This document shows positions 31,201 through 39,136 of a DNA stretch of 64,000 bases, piece by piece. The notes below the pieces were generated by a model, which saw only the letters and a program-made list of their open reading frames with translations, was not told the DNA's origin and made no database searches. The position numbers were made by a program, and so were the translations under genes. Source of the stretch: a virus (Duplodnaviria; Caudoviricetes). The DNA is taken from the IMG/VR virus record IMGVR_UViG_3300021255_003284, positions 44,454 to 108,453 of that record. One strand, given 5' to 3'. How positions within the stretch are numbered: the first letter of the stretch is position 1; every line of letters begins with the position of its first letter.

Positions 31201-32447
31201 CTCAGACCACTCAGCGCCAGAATATTTGACGGATTCGATATCTTACCAAACGCGCTTAAGGCTTCGGCGAGGTTCTTAATTGGAGTCGCGCTGACCTTCT
31301 CGCTTCCGATCCTAAGGGCATTTTGAAGCGCGATAGAGAACGACCGCATCGTGTCTCCACCAACGTTCCCGACCTCTTTGATGATGTCGCTCAGCGCCGA
31401 ATACGACTTGCCGGCACCGCCGGCCGATTCGCCGAGGTTGCGAGTCGCCTCTGCCAACCCTTCTATAGCAACCTTTTCTTCTCCGCTGAGCTTTGCCCCC
31501 TGAGATATATCATCGTTCATTCCCTTTAGGCCGGTAAAGTTGCCTGATGCAAGGGCGTCCTTAATTTCATTGACGCGCGTGATTATGTCGTCAAGCTTGG
31601 CAGAAAATGTTTGAACCTGTGTAGAGTCAAATCCGCCGTTCTTTGTGGCGTCAAACAGTTCGCTGAACTCGGTTCTGACCTGAGCTATAGCTTCTCGCGC
31701 GGTGATGTAACCGTCGCTGACATCAGAAATCACGCTCTGAAAACGGGCGTCATACTCACTTAGTTCGTTTGCGTTTAGGAAACCAACAAACTCTCTCGCT
31801 GCCTTATGATTCATTTCATCAATAGAGTTTGTCAGCTGGTTTACCTGCGCCTCTAATTCTGCTATTTTTGACTCGTCGCCAAGTCTCTTTATTGTTTCAT
31901 TGGCTTCGGCAAGTAGGTTCTTTAGCCAGGTGACCTCAGCGTTCAGCTTGGTGATTTGCTCGGACATGCCGATATTTTTGAAGGCGTTTTGTATGTTATC
32001 GCAAGTGGCGACAACATCTCGCCCGCCTTCGTCCCATACTCTGAATACCTCAAATACGTCTCTGAAGTTTGCGACAGAAAACGCGTCCGCGGTAGCGCCA
32101 ATAGCGGCGGACGCCTGACCGAATGCGGACCGGACCTGTTCTGCATTATCTACCAAACCAGACAGATCACTGCTTCCTGATATAGCCTTTAGCGCGTTGA
32201 CGCTTTTTACAAGCTCCTCTGCGTACGGCTGTGAGCTTGTGCTCCCCTCAAACTTCCTATACGCCTCGGCAACCTGCTCGATAAGCGCCTCTTGTGTCTT
32301 CCAATAATCCTGAAATCGTCTGTCACTTACGATTTTGTTTATACCGCTCTCCAGGGACTCTATCTTTTCTTTACCGGATACACTAACATTCAGGGTAAAA
32401 TCAGCAGAGTATCCGCCTACTGACATGCCAGACGCTGTTTTGGCCAT
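22215..32447 (-). CDS. Tail tape measure protein (3410 aa) with TP901-like core and C-terminal PG-binding domain
   Basis: Very long helical ORF between tail tube region and Dit; IDASMRQL...VGNNFPIS...TGLRTIAARI core; GVKALQYALN...ADGIVGP. Confidence 0.93.
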   Translation of the reverse strand: MAKTASGMSVGGYSADFTLNVSVSGKEKIESLESGINKIVSDRRFQDYWKTQEALIEQVAEAYRKFEGSTSSQPYAEELVKSVNALKAISGSSDLSGLVDNAEQVRSAFGQASAAIGATADAFSVANFRDVFEVFRVWDEGGRDVVATCDNIQNAFKNIGMSEQITKLNAEVTWLKNLLAEANETIKRLGDESKIAELEAQVNQLTNSIDEMNHKAAREFVGFLNANELSEYDARFQSVISDVSDGYITAREAIAQVRTEFSELFDATKNGGFDSTQVQTFSAKLDDIITRVNEIKDALASGNFTGLKGMNDDISQGAKLSGEEKVAIEGLAEATRNLGESAGGAGKSYSALSDIIKEVGNVGGDTMRSFSIALQNALRIGSEKVSATPIKNLAEALSAFGKISNPSNILALSGLRFDGLKDLKVSKAALSNLAEFLPKIGQANIERIKALSELDFTNLSNLKVSKSSVETIKEFTDAVNSVRELGEALDNISPKLDQINTAAAQALGRDLNTAADAAGKVANEVVRMNGSLDESTVGKIGDTLQNAGISSTAADNLVGRLREINVDVDRMVAKMHEVGGGAQQMASVLVSGKDALGTSLEYLIKFDRETGEINDTIVTVAQNFKQLQQSSEGAANAQKNNKSMTEEEAQALDRQKASLKEIEQINRSISVLYGKTQSGLVKNLDILGDSGPETLEKQRRIEELRNKYLELGEAVEAYKRNGATATPDEAERIRALQAEIQRLISTNQEYLRGVEEKASAENAAANAEANSTNETIKRTNALRDAQSTLNAMQRTLLKTSYGSKEYGNLQGYITSLTDLKTQFDQGKITLDEFRVGLSNIKNGFTEVRGQIETTGASVGVLRTKFAQFMRSFTMMFSAARIGMMVFRELREMVSSSIEIDASMRQLEIVTHASSTAMRQFGDDVADAAKRVGASITDMIDSATVFARIGFTLPDSQKLAEFTTMLQNVGDIDVADAQDAITSIVKAFDFGAGDIEGVMDKLIVVGNNFPISVSQIAEGMTNASSTLNAAGNTFEQSVALLTAANVTLQNAAKASTGLRTIAARIRNTKVELDELGETMTTAKYEQAVNILTSYQVRLTDINGEYRSTYDIMSDIATQWGRMTSMEQAALATTLAGTRQQDVFYSLINQFQEARGAMDAMKDSAGALTESYSTYMDSVQAHINQFNAARQQLSTNLMESGVLRDVVDIGTGLIEMLNAIDQIVDKVGGLRTVIVAILGSVVAIKANVIATAYHKLVDNFKATVDIIREARATSAGFRNTVGAIAPNVHMVNVAWAAVAATVTVATAAILAYKRHVEEVRQAQHKAADEAAQSVDTINSLYNEYMQMNEAQENGTATTEELAKAQDKLIDALGLTKGRVQELTDQYGNLTTAMQIAAAEAMNERQRELQGGVQTYAEELMEIGKDREAGLGSGLFTFLTYARTGKENYSEFVNDPEFGQYFGPAGVSFGFADDVEGMVEQYRKLGEVMDFVADKVGVDNDVWRALNETYTKAGAIIGPMLEQINELNEAVVMEHVYRTNAEQGMPLDQKSFELYRESLIGMVEADAQFNALGGSAEDVVDSVLRADAAFVQFYGDVTGADGTGGVGDVTQTVGDLAESVKNMAAAYKALESAKADMADGGGISAETLSALAGITEDYMDYLYVENGVLKLNVDLWEQMAHVDMQSNLDAIAEEQQHITERKAEILAEIEELNGQLESQPAAVEVNTRELENELYDIQAFTQEYAGYIRYRQQLIAEQDNLRGQLYNASTYEERYGIQANIEAIQRELNTMPSPDELDKEMTALAERREEIEKELDLIRGTNAEAYDAQDEAAEAHRAELESQIAADQEALEAIAAREEELLRMREIYQIALNEEPQTQAGQAMDEFATNIGTAKSAMDALASAEKDMADGGGLTASTIKTLAGITDDYTDYLYEENGVIKLNIEAWREYAATALQGRIDMLNAQLEALKTERDAMLQLTEDNRMQVSPDWSLEETDAEIQETTDAIGLYQAALNGLTADTKETTDELTTMTGALGDMSDAYDILATAEEEMQNGGSLSLNTIKALAGVTDEYIRFLKVENGVITLNTEAWKAYAQERQQAYLEGVEQRRAELEAQRQELQSQLSGDTPATMSAEELAAAIAEVDASIEGLDNEKAVYESVMEAIANGSDEATKTVKKLSTALSEYEQATSLIKTANEEMEGGGISFDTLQALMNATDDYIQFLYRENGQLKLNTEAYEEYARARAEEALMDNDEYAQLTERNRELESVIKAARAAKEQLERGNNIDTESYARVTQDLAEYEQELAANNERLAIFDDMLNLITGDADQTSGAITGLTDAVSGLNDGLDILLQARREMRTEGGVSMETIRQMAQLTDDYINYLYEENGVIKLNTEAWAEFATGGMQSDIEKTQARIEELQARRAELLSGLDQAGEDETFEGMAEDAGALRDELAEVDAEIESETNKLAIYSTLYMDTVNSAIDAMDPYQEVLDGFSSVADTINSVTDAMQTLSDIQDAVADGFIMSLDEALKFAEVYPEILNSATVAADGQIALDEGVVNAFIANKQAELQAQIDADIAELESQKAVVQAKLQLAQAELQIAQSAANGTAVDQQIAMARIEMMNNEVDAVVQAGQNEADAYAAAAEAMSGNLDQVNTIAADTATEIDTNLSTAISNAATNMYSNAANIVEAINGIILGAHEAGKAINAMSQGKVEGSTVSARGSGGTGSAKTYTANTGKFSKAEYTYSANPIEFKDVITDLQGQIESYENTINQLDGQISALQALRGQVLGGGGSKSSGRGGGGGGKGGGGGGGGKDDASNWFEEQYKLHQHLLAMDAEEVEDYLEWLNDAYKRAYEEGIIDLDSFYKYEEEVYKGLHDLFKDYLNDVEHEIEMRGNYNENGKMISLYRELIAAVEKEISAAREQGLDDMDDYIQELQDKWWSYTDAIKKIEDDLNNQAKSATDKLVDYRLKMLKQEISDEKDAIKERLNNLKAFYDEQKRLLKDARDEEKYLEEQAEKRKAVADIEAQLAQLSYDNSAWAQKKRLELEEELSNARKELDDFERDHAIEVAEEELDKLYELQKKELDSQTDLLDAQQKDAKALYEQALEDIRNGSVELYEEMIDWNNLYGDGIEDTIKTAWEEAYKALEDYKNLYGELWDDFNLANATGYSPEGGGWDSSVISGTNPANIPVRTTPPTEVVQDTTSAKTYPYGKVSSTSGNLSNGSRGEGVKALQYALNELGFGNSGTQSLDGVFGAGTANAVKAFQKAMGISADGIVGPITKKKFAEQGYASGTRYATSGLHLIDELGSETIFESADGKRYKLFTGGEKVLNARASEFLYDFAMNGGEILTKIVDMALEGARPGFEPNVIHNEITMGDIIINGRADQSTVSELRRAQREAVDTMLKEFSRLGR

Positions 32448-32453
32448 TGCTTA

Positions 32454-33026
32454 TCACCTCACAGTCGCGACCAAGCCTTGTTTGGCTAATTCCTCAGAAA
32501 CAATTTCTCGCCACCTGGCGGGTCCTTCTGTTGTATCGTATATATGTGCGCTTTCCTCAAACTCGTCTTGTGGCGGTGTATCAGCCACTTCTGCACGATG
32601 CCCCCACATAGTCCAAACGTCAAGTGGCTCGCGCCAGTACGGAACGCCTGGATTTGGATGGCCTTTGCCGCTTCCGGCACCGCCATGCCAGCCTTCCATA
32701 AACGCTTGTCCGATCAATCCGATGCCGCCGTCTCTGAACGGCATGGCCTCTGGGTCATATCCGATCATCATTTGTTCGTTTGGCTTAGCGCCTTCTTCGA
32801 TCAACAGTGCATGGTACATAGAATGACGTCTGGAATAAAAGAGCGGCTGATAGTCGCCGTAATAATTATCGACGGCCTTCTTGAATAACGCCTCGATATT
32901 TTGGCGCAGTTCTGCATCCATCCGTACGCGCGCCAAATCAACGGCAGTATTAGCCCTCCGAAGGACATCTTGCCTGGCTTCTTCGATTTTCTTATCGGAC
33001 CACGATACCAACTTTACGCCACTCAT
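32454..33026 (-). CDS. Hypothetical tail-module protein
   Basis: 190-aa ORF in the operon directly upstream of the tape measure gene. Confidence 0.65.
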   Translation of the reverse strand: MSGVKLVSWSDKKIEEARQDVLRRANTAVDLARVRMDAELRQNIEALFKKAVDNYYGDYQPLFYSRRHSMYHALLIEEGAKPNEQMMIGYDPEAMPFRDGGIGLIGQAFMEGWHGGAGSGKGHPNPGVPYWREPLDVWTMWGHRAEVADTPPQDEFEESAHIYDTTEGPARWREIVSEELAKQGLVATVR

Positions 33027-33046
33027 TTATCGCAAATCACATCCTA

Positions 33047-33439
33047 TCATTCAAAATATTTTTTGGCGGCCTCTCGGACGGACTCCAACTGTTCTTCATT
33101 GATTGCTCCGCACACCGCCTTATACAGGCTGCTGCCTATGGTGAGCGCGTATTGCTTTTCGATGTCATCCGGAAGCTTAACGTTTGCATACCACGTAAGG
33201 ACGCACGCGCGAAAAGCGGCTTCAAACAATTCCGGTTTCGGAACTGCGCCTTGCTGCGGGCTGCAAACCTCAACGATGCAGTTGACAAGATCGATCACTT
33301 CCGCAAAACCGATCATATGTCGCACCGTCATCCTGATCCCGTGCCATGTGACGTAAGTCAGTGTGTCGGTCGGTATGTATTGTTCGAAACACTCCGGCCC
33401 TACAGATTCCATCTTATCGGGAACTCGGCTGTCTTTCAC
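33047..33439 (-). CDS. Hypothetical protein, paralog of 33436..34017 (possible tail assembly chaperone)
   Basis: PELFEAAFRACVLTWYANVKLPDD aligns to the neighbouring gene. Confidence 0.65.
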   Translation of the reverse strand: MKDSRVPDKMESVGPECFEQYIPTDTLTYVTWHGIRMTVRHMIGFAEVIDLVNCIVEVCSPQQGAVPKPELFEAAFRACVLTWYANVKLPDDIEKQYALTIGSSLYKAVCGAINEEQLESVREAAKKYFE

Positions 33440-34017
33440 TTTTCCTTCGCCTCGACATACGCCTTCATCAGCTTCTCTTCGTCTATGCCGTTCTCACCGA
33501 TCGCGTTGATCGCAGCCTTCATATCTTCGCCCGTCAGCCCGCCGAACAGATCGTCCATCTTTGTGACGATGCCGTCGAACGCCTCGCTGATCTCGTCAAG
33601 CTTCTTCATCGTCTCGGCGGCCCTGCTCTGGTTAATCTGATCGATCCGCTCATCCACAGCCTGCACAAGCGACGCGTACTGCTTCGGGTTGATGTGCTCG
33701 GTGATCTCGTCTACAATCCAGCCGGCGCGCGTGACCATATCGTAAGCTGCGCTCATATCGTCCGGCAGCGTGAAACCGCCATACAGCGTCAGGACGGCGC
33801 AGTCCGTCGCGAAATCGAGCATTTCAGGCATGTACGATCCATCCTGTCCATAACATGCGCTTACGACGAATTCCACAAATCCGAGCGCCTGGGCGAGCGT
33901 CAGCCGTGTCTTGATCTCTATGTTCGCACCGCCGATCTTCAGCGTCTTTGTGTCGGGCGTGTAGCTGCGCGCAATGGCCTCGTTGAGGATCGCTTCGTGT
34001 GTTTTATTCTCTGCCAT
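33436..34017 (-). CDS. Hypothetical protein (possible tail assembly chaperone)
   Basis: PEMLDFATDCAVLTLYGGFTLPDD; AAGGAGG RBS. Confidence 0.7.
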   Translation of the reverse strand: MAENKTHEAILNEAIARSYTPDTKTLKIGGANIEIKTRLTLAQALGFVEFVVSACYGQDGSYMPEMLDFATDCAVLTLYGGFTLPDDMSAAYDMVTRAGWIVDEITEHINPKQYASLVQAVDERIDQINQSRAAETMKKLDEISEAFDGIVTKMDDLFGGLTGEDMKAAINAIGENGIDEEKLMKAYVEAKEK

Positions 34018-34504
34018 ATATATTATCCTCCTTGCCGCCGGTCTCGCCGGCGTCGATCATATGTATCATGATTTCAGTTCTTGGATGTTCGCTGTCGTTC
34101 AGACATCGCATTTCAAGCCGCGTGATATGCTTACTGTCGTCGTCTTCAATCATGCCGCTTTCGACCAGCCCGTCCAATATAAACTTTGGCACGCTGTTGT
34201 CGATGTCGTGCCGCCTGTTGGTCGGGAAGTAGATGGTCTGACTTATCTCGCATCGTTTGATGCGCAGGTTAGCATAACCTTGGTACTCTACGAACCACTT
34301 AATAAAGTCCTTCCATCTCTGCTTCAGCCCGTTCATGGCCGGGCGCTTCATGATCATCCATGTGTTGATGCTTTCGTGATAAGGCTGTTTGATCGGCCTT
34401 TTCTTTGCTTTTGGGTGCAGTCCGAAATAGTATGCGCTGTATCGGTCCACAACGTCTTTATCGATCACGAGTTGTATATCTTTTGAGTCGTCCGTGTCTC
34501 TCAC
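34004..34504 (-). CDS. rusA: RusA-family Holliday junction resolvase
   Basis: RRHDIDNSVPKFILDGL...IEDDD, PRTEI. Confidence 0.8.
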   Translation of the reverse strand: MRDTDDSKDIQLVIDKDVVDRYSAYYFGLHPKAKKRPIKQPYHESINTWMIMKRPAMNGLKQRWKDFIKWFVEYQGYANLRIKRCEISQTIYFPTNRRHDIDNSVPKFILDGLVESGMIEDDDSKHITRLEMRCLNDSEHPRTEIMIHMIDAGETGGKEDNIYGRE

Positions 34505-34520
34505 CTCATCGCAGTAAAAT

Positions 34521-34547
34521 TGGCTGTGCCTTATTCAGGCACAGCCA
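34521..34547 (-). terminator. Intrinsic terminator after the tail tube genes
   Basis: tggctgtgcct/aggcacagcca perfect 11-bp stem followed by ATTTT. Confidence 0.7.
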
Positions 34548-34553
34548 GTGGTG

Positions 34554-34865
34554 TTATTCTTCGTCGGTATCGTAGTCCGGGTCATCCGGCCAGATCATGT
34601 CGCCGTCCTCGGTAGGCGGGGCAGGGGAGATCTCATTGCCCTTGGACTTGAAGACGTTGGGCTTGGTCTCGGCGCGCGGCGCTTTCTTCTTGACAGGGGT
34701 CTTGACCCCCGCGCCGCGTGACTCGGCGACCATCCTGAAGTATTCCGCGCCGTGCTCCGGGCAACAGGCGACGTCCTGCCACCTGAACACATCCGACGAA
34801 CGCTCGGTGCGGCAGGCTTCATAGTCCACGCCGCACACCTTGCATTGCTTGATGACCTTAGGCAT
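34554..34865 (-). CDS. Small Cys-rich (Zn-binding) hypothetical protein
   Basis: CKVCGVDYEAC...WQDVACCPEHG. Confidence 0.7.
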   Translation of the reverse strand: MPKVIKQCKVCGVDYEACRTERSSDVFRWQDVACCPEHGAEYFRMVAESRGAGVKTPVKKKAPRAETKPNVFKSKGNEISPAPPTEDGDMIWPDDPDYDTDEE

Positions 34866-34879
34866 CAGTCTTTACCTGA

Positions 34880-35671
34880 TCAGGCCGCGTCGGTGGCGTT
34901 CACGCCGAACACGGTGTAGGTCCACAGCATGCCGCCCACGCCGCAAGCGCCGGCCAGCGCCTCAGCCTCGAAGGAGTGCACGGCCTGGTTGTCGCCCAGA
35001 TCGATGGTGAAGTCGCCGCTGAAGTCGGCCTTCGGCACGTAGATCTGCACGCGGTACACGTTCGCGCACTTGTCCTCGGCCAGAGCGTCGATGTACAGGG
35101 TGCACTTGCCGGAGAAGGTATCGCTCTCGTTGGCCAGGACGTCCGCGACGATCCTGCGCTTGTAGTACACGACGATCTCGGTACCGTCGGCAACGTCGGT
35201 GTGGAAGCCCAGAGCCTTGGTGCCCGGGTCGTAGGTGAACTTGCCGGCCGCGGCAGTGGCAGCCTGAGTCAGCTCGTCGCCCAGCGTACCGTCGCTGTTG
35301 CGGATGTACAGATTGATGATCTCCGCGCCGACAGTGCCGACGGCCTTGTAGTTGGTGGCCGCAGCGCCGCTCTGCACAGTCAGGTAGTCGGTCCACATGA
35401 CCTCAGTGGCCTTGTTCTCAAAATCGCTGCCGGTCTGCAGCTCCAGCATGCCTCCGCTGACCAGGCCGTTGCTGCCGCTGATGGTGACGGACTTATTGCG
35501 CTTGAGCGAGTTCAGCTTACGGCCGCCCTTACCGGTGATATCCTGCTTCTCCTGCGAGTTGGCGATCGACGCGCTCTGCAGCTCGTCCATGGTAAAACGA
35601 TAGTTGCCGGTAACGACGTCGAACGCGTTGATGGTTTCCAGACTGGTAATGGCCAGATCTCCGATATTCAT
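34880..35671 (-). CDS. Major tail tube protein
   Basis: Position; strong codon bias; DITGKGGRKL, FSGDFTIDLG....HSFEAEAL. Confidence 0.8.
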   Translation of the reverse strand: MNIGDLAITSLETINAFDVVTGNYRFTMDELQSASIANSQEKQDITGKGGRKLNSLKRNKSVTISGSNGLVSGGMLELQTGSDFENKATEVMWTDYLTVQSGAAATNYKAVGTVGAEIINLYIRNSDGTLGDELTQAATAAAGKFTYDPGTKALGFHTDVADGTEIVVYYKRRIVADVLANESDTFSGKCTLYIDALAEDKCANVYRVQIYVPKADFSGDFTIDLGDNQAVHSFEAEALAGACGVGGMLWTYTVFGVNATDAA

Positions 35672-35691
35672 AATCGCTTTCCCCCTTTGAT

Positions 35692-36408
35692 TTATTTGTG
35701 AGTCAGCCAGTTCAGATCATCCTGGCTCAGCTCCGATGCTTTTATATTGCCCGTATAGACACCAAACATCCTGTGCTCATAGTCCACTTTCTTTATTATC
35801 TGTCTGACGCTTTCGTTGAATTGATAAATGGAGAGTTCTCGTGTCCCCTCAAAATCGTACTTATATTGTTCAGCGTTGACCATTGCGACGATGAGCGGTT
35901 CCAGCTGTGACTCGCGCGGCTTGTTTGCGCGGCGCTTAAGCTTTGTCCGCGCGCGCTCGAGCATGAACGCCTTTGCGTCCTCATTGGCTGGCTTGTGCCT
36001 GTTCTTTTCAAGGTGATGTATCGTTCTCAGTGTCTCGGCGATCCGGGCATGGATCGCCCTGTCTATGACGATGTCGTTCTCTGTGTCCACAAGTACGAGC
36101 GTCTCATTCGCTTCGTTGACCGCCGGTTTGAACCGGCTCAGGTCGAGATCGCCAAAGATCAGATGGGTATCCTGCTCCTGAAGCCCGCGAAACAGCATCA
36201 GGAATAGCTGGTACTCGTTTATTTTTGTAAAGTCCACGCCCATGTCGTCAAGTTGACACATCATGTCGATCGGCATGGCCGTGATCGCGGATACGAGGCC
36301 ATAGTAATGATCCTCGTCGTCTATGACCTCACCGACTGTGGGGATGACGACTCGGATGGCGTCATTGATCGCGTACTCTCTTTTATACAGCAGGTTGACC
36401 GATGCCAT
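35692..36408 (-). CDS. Hypothetical tail-module protein
   Basis: IPTVGEV, KPANEDAK, LSIYQF, GVYTG..K...LNW; operon position. Confidence 0.7.
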   Translation of the reverse strand: MASVNLLYKREYAINDAIRVVIPTVGEVIDDEDHYYGLVSAITAMPIDMMCQLDDMGVDFTKINEYQLFLMLFRGLQEQDTHLIFGDLDLSRFKPAVNEANETLVLVDTENDIVIDRAIHARIAETLRTIHHLEKNRHKPANEDAKAFMLERARTKLKRRANKPRESQLEPLIVAMVNAEQYKYDFEGTRELSIYQFNESVRQIIKKVDYEHRMFGVYTGNIKASELSQDDLNWLTHK

Positions 36409-36908
36409 CAGCCAGTCTTCCGGTTCTCCGGAATGTAGCGCTGAGGATCATACTGCTTGCTGAAGTCTTTACCGTGGAACGCCAGCACCTTGCCGTTATA
36501 ATCGGTCATCGGCGCGAAGCGCTTCACGGAATACAGATGAAGCTCACCAAGGCTGTACATCCTGCTGCCATTGATCAATTTACAAATTTCTGAGCAAAGC
36601 CTGTCCGACCTGACGCCGCCCTCCGGCAGTCGCAATTTGCTCTTGTGTACGCAAGTCCATATATACAGAATGGGGTACAGAAAGGTCTTCGGCGCGTCGA
36701 TGCCCTGTATATCCACGTCAAAGCATATGAATGTCCGGCCGTCCTGAACGGTGTCCGGTACGAATTCGTATGGGAATACGTGCGTGTAGGCAAGGTCGAT
36801 CCCTCGATCCACTGGCGTGTTCTCGTCGAGCAGCGACACGATCGCCTCGCTTGTCAGCATATCTTTCATCAGCTGATTCTTATAGTCGAAAAACTCTTGA
36901 AGCTGCAC
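36408..36908 (-). CDS. Putative tail terminator/completion protein
   Basis: Position; VFPYEFVP, FICFDV, RSDRL. Confidence 0.55.
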   Translation of the reverse strand: MQLQEFFDYKNQLMKDMLTSEAIVSLLDENTPVDRGIDLAYTHVFPYEFVPDTVQDGRTFICFDVDIQGIDAPKTFLYPILYIWTCVHKSKLRLPEGGVRSDRLCSEICKLINGSRMYSLGELHLYSVKRFAPMTDYNGKVLAFHGKDFSKQYDPQRYIPENRKTG

Positions 36909-37727
36909 TCAGATCCACACCTTCCTTCCTGTTTCCATGTCAGTAGTATCTGGGTCGACCACAACTCTGTTCTGCGGGTCGACGTCTGTTGTCTTCGGGA
37001 AATACTTGTAATAGTCGGCGATACGAAGTTCGCGGTTGTCATCGTCTGTCGTGTCGACTTCCTGAAGCACGAAGCTGTACGCGCCTTCGCCATTGAATAC
37101 GCTGTAAAGTTTCAGCGGTTTTGTCAGCGCGTAAGCGAGCGGCATAGACGATTCGGTATCGTCGATCAGGAACCGGCGTTCTCGTCCGAACCGCGCGGTC
37201 TGGTCGTTGCGGCCGATCGTGACGCTGATACGCGAGTCGCCGCGTGTGACGATAAAGTGCCTATCCTCAAGTTCGCCCGTAAGATATTTCGTTCCGTCCT
37301 CTACGATGCACCACTGCTCGTAGATCTTCTTGTCATTCCCGACCCACCGAAGCAGGTGATTGCATTGGATCATCTTCGCACGCGTATACACCGTCGTATT
37401 CGCGTCGCGCTCCGTAACGATCCACTTATTATCCATCCACTCGACCAGACTCCCGCAGTGTATGTCGTCGCCTGGCAGCGAATAGATATACTTTTCGTTC
37501 AGGTTGTCAGAATTGATGACCGCGACATCCTGATGGATCGCCTTCGCGATCCCAGCGTCTGACTCTATATTATAGCTGTCAGCGCCAAGGTGGATGACCG
37601 CATGCTGATACGACAGATTGTTCGGCAGTTTATTGACGATCATCCGCTTCTCGCGCTTCAACGCCGTATCGTGGATCGTACCGCCCATTGCGTCGACGCG
37701 GCTTTGATACAGGCCCCATACGTTCAA
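36909..37727 (-). CDS. Putative head closure protein
   Basis: Position; GSLVEW....WIV, QCNHLLRW. Confidence 0.55.
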   Translation of the reverse strand: MNVWGLYQSRVDAMGGTIHDTALKREKRMIVNKLPNNLSYQHAVIHLGADSYNIESDAGIAKAIHQDVAVINSDNLNEKYIYSLPGDDIHCGSLVEWMDNKWIVTERDANTTVYTRAKMIQCNHLLRWVGNDKKIYEQWCIVEDGTKYLTGELEDRHFIVTRGDSRISVTIGRNDQTARFGRERRFLIDDTESSMPLAYALTKPLKLYSVFNGEGAYSFVLQEVDTTDDDNRELRIADYYKYFPKTTDVDPQNRVVVDPDTTDMETGRKVWI

Positions 37728-38059
37728 GGCGCATCACCTCCGTCGCACATGTGCTTCAGCTTGTCGCACAGGTTGATCGCGTGAAACACCTCGCGCTTGA
37801 CGATACGGATCTCGCAGTCCGGATTATTCTTGAGATATTCAAGCACGCTCAGGATGGTCACGAACTGTACCGTATTGCCGACACCGCCGACGAGTTGCTG
37901 AAAGCCGAGCAGTTCGTTTTGCAGACTGTCCAGATACGCCTCGATCGACGGGTCTGCATTCTCGCGCATCGGAAGGATCTTGAAAAGTCTGTTGACCAGC
38001 GCGTTGAAGTAGGCAATGACCGTGGAGCTGCTGACGTGCTTTGTCTGTTCGCCGCTCAT
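37724..38059 (-). CDS. Hypothetical protein
   Basis: LFKILPMRE...VKREVF; overlaps both neighbours. Confidence 0.7.
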   Translation of the reverse strand: MSGEQTKHVSSSTVIAYFNALVNRLFKILPMRENADPSIEAYLDSLQNELLGFQQLVGGVGNTVQFVTILSVLEYLKNNPDCEIRIVKREVFHAINLCDKLKHMCDGGDAP

Positions 38060-38505
38060 AGATGCAGCGCCCCCAGATCGCCATGATTATAGCTGTACTC
38101 GCGTATCATCTGCGTATAGCGGCGCTTCGCCTGCTCGTGCGCCTCGCTGACGCGAAGCAGCAGGTTCGCCGGGGAGTATGTCGTAAAATCCCTCGTGTTG
38201 AGTACATTTTCCAGCAACTCCTGCCTGTTCAAAAACGGCTTGAGCCACTGCACGACCATGCCCTCCGATATGATGTCGACAAGCTCGTCAAGGTCTTCCG
38301 CGGCAATATCGATGTCGAATTGCCGAAGTGTATCGTCCTGTGTCGAGGTAAGATCGTATCGACAATTCTTTCTGAACGCGCTGACGGCGCGCTTGAGGTA
38401 TCCGTCAACCAGGTCATTGCGCGCGTCCTCGTGAAGCTGCACGAGGTCGAATTCCGCGATCTTCGACAAGAACGCGCCGGTGAAAACATCGTATTCAACG
38501 CTCAT
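38056..38505 (-). CDS. Putative head-tail adaptor
   Basis: FLSKI, MVVQWL, DFTTYSPANLL; position after the capsid genes. Confidence 0.6.
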   Translation of the reverse strand: MSVEYDVFTGAFLSKIAEFDLVQLHEDARNDLVDGYLKRAVSAFRKNCRYDLTSTQDDTLRQFDIDIAAEDLDELVDIISEGMVVQWLKPFLNRQELLENVLNTRDFTTYSPANLLLRVSEAHEQAKRRYTQMIREYSYNHGDLGALHL

Positions 38506-38515
38506 GCCGCTCGCC

Positions 38516-39076
38516 TCACTTTTCGATTAGGGACGTGCCGAGCGCCCGCTCAAGCGCCGCGATGACTTTGCGCGAATCGATCACGCCTTCACTGATCAGC
38601 GTTCTGGCGCGATAGGCGATGGCGTTCTTCTGACCCTTTGAAAGGTCTCTAACGATATGCTCTATCTCGTCAGGCGTCTTTTTGAAGACGGTGTCGAATT
38701 CGTCCATGCGCAGCGCGTGTTTGTAATACTGGCCGACGCCGAGATAGTCAATGATCCAGTCCTCGTCGAACATGAACCAGTTGTTCTGGAAAAAGCCCTT
38801 GCGCGAACCGCGCGCGTTCTTCAACTCTCTCAGGGTTATCTCCTGCTCATCGCCGAAGTTAGGCCATACAAACTTCTCGTTCGTACGGGGACTGCGATAA
38901 ATGAGTTTGCCCTGAAAGCCGTTGCGTACAACGACGTATTGCTCCGGATCGATATTGATTGCAGTAATGTGCTCGGGTTCAGCCTTCTGGGGCTCAGCCT
39001 TGACCGCAGGCGCGGCAGGCTGTTTCTCCTTGACATCGGCAGTTTTAGCGCTCTTCCTGGTCGCTGTGTTAGCCAT
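38516..39076 (-). CDS. Hypothetical head-module protein
   Basis: K/A/P-rich N-terminus, IDSRKVIAALE; AAAGGA RBS. Confidence 0.7.
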   Translation of the reverse strand: MANTATRKSAKTADVKEKQPAAPAVKAEPQKAEPEHITAINIDPEQYVVVRNGFQGKLIYRSPRTNEKFVWPNFGDEQEITLRELKNARGSRKGFFQNNWFMFDEDWIIDYLGVGQYYKHALRMDEFDTVFKKTPDEIEHIVRDLSKGQKNAIAYRARTLISEGVIDSRKVIAALERALGTSLIEK

Positions 39077-39100
39077 TCATTTCATTCCTTTCATTCAAAC

Positions 39101-39123
39101 GCCCGCCGGGTCGTCCGGCGGGC
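39101..39123 (-). terminator. Hairpin after the major capsid gene
   Basis: gcccgccgg/ccggcgggc stem with a weak U-tract. Confidence 0.5.
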
Positions 39124-39136
39124 TATCATATGTCGA

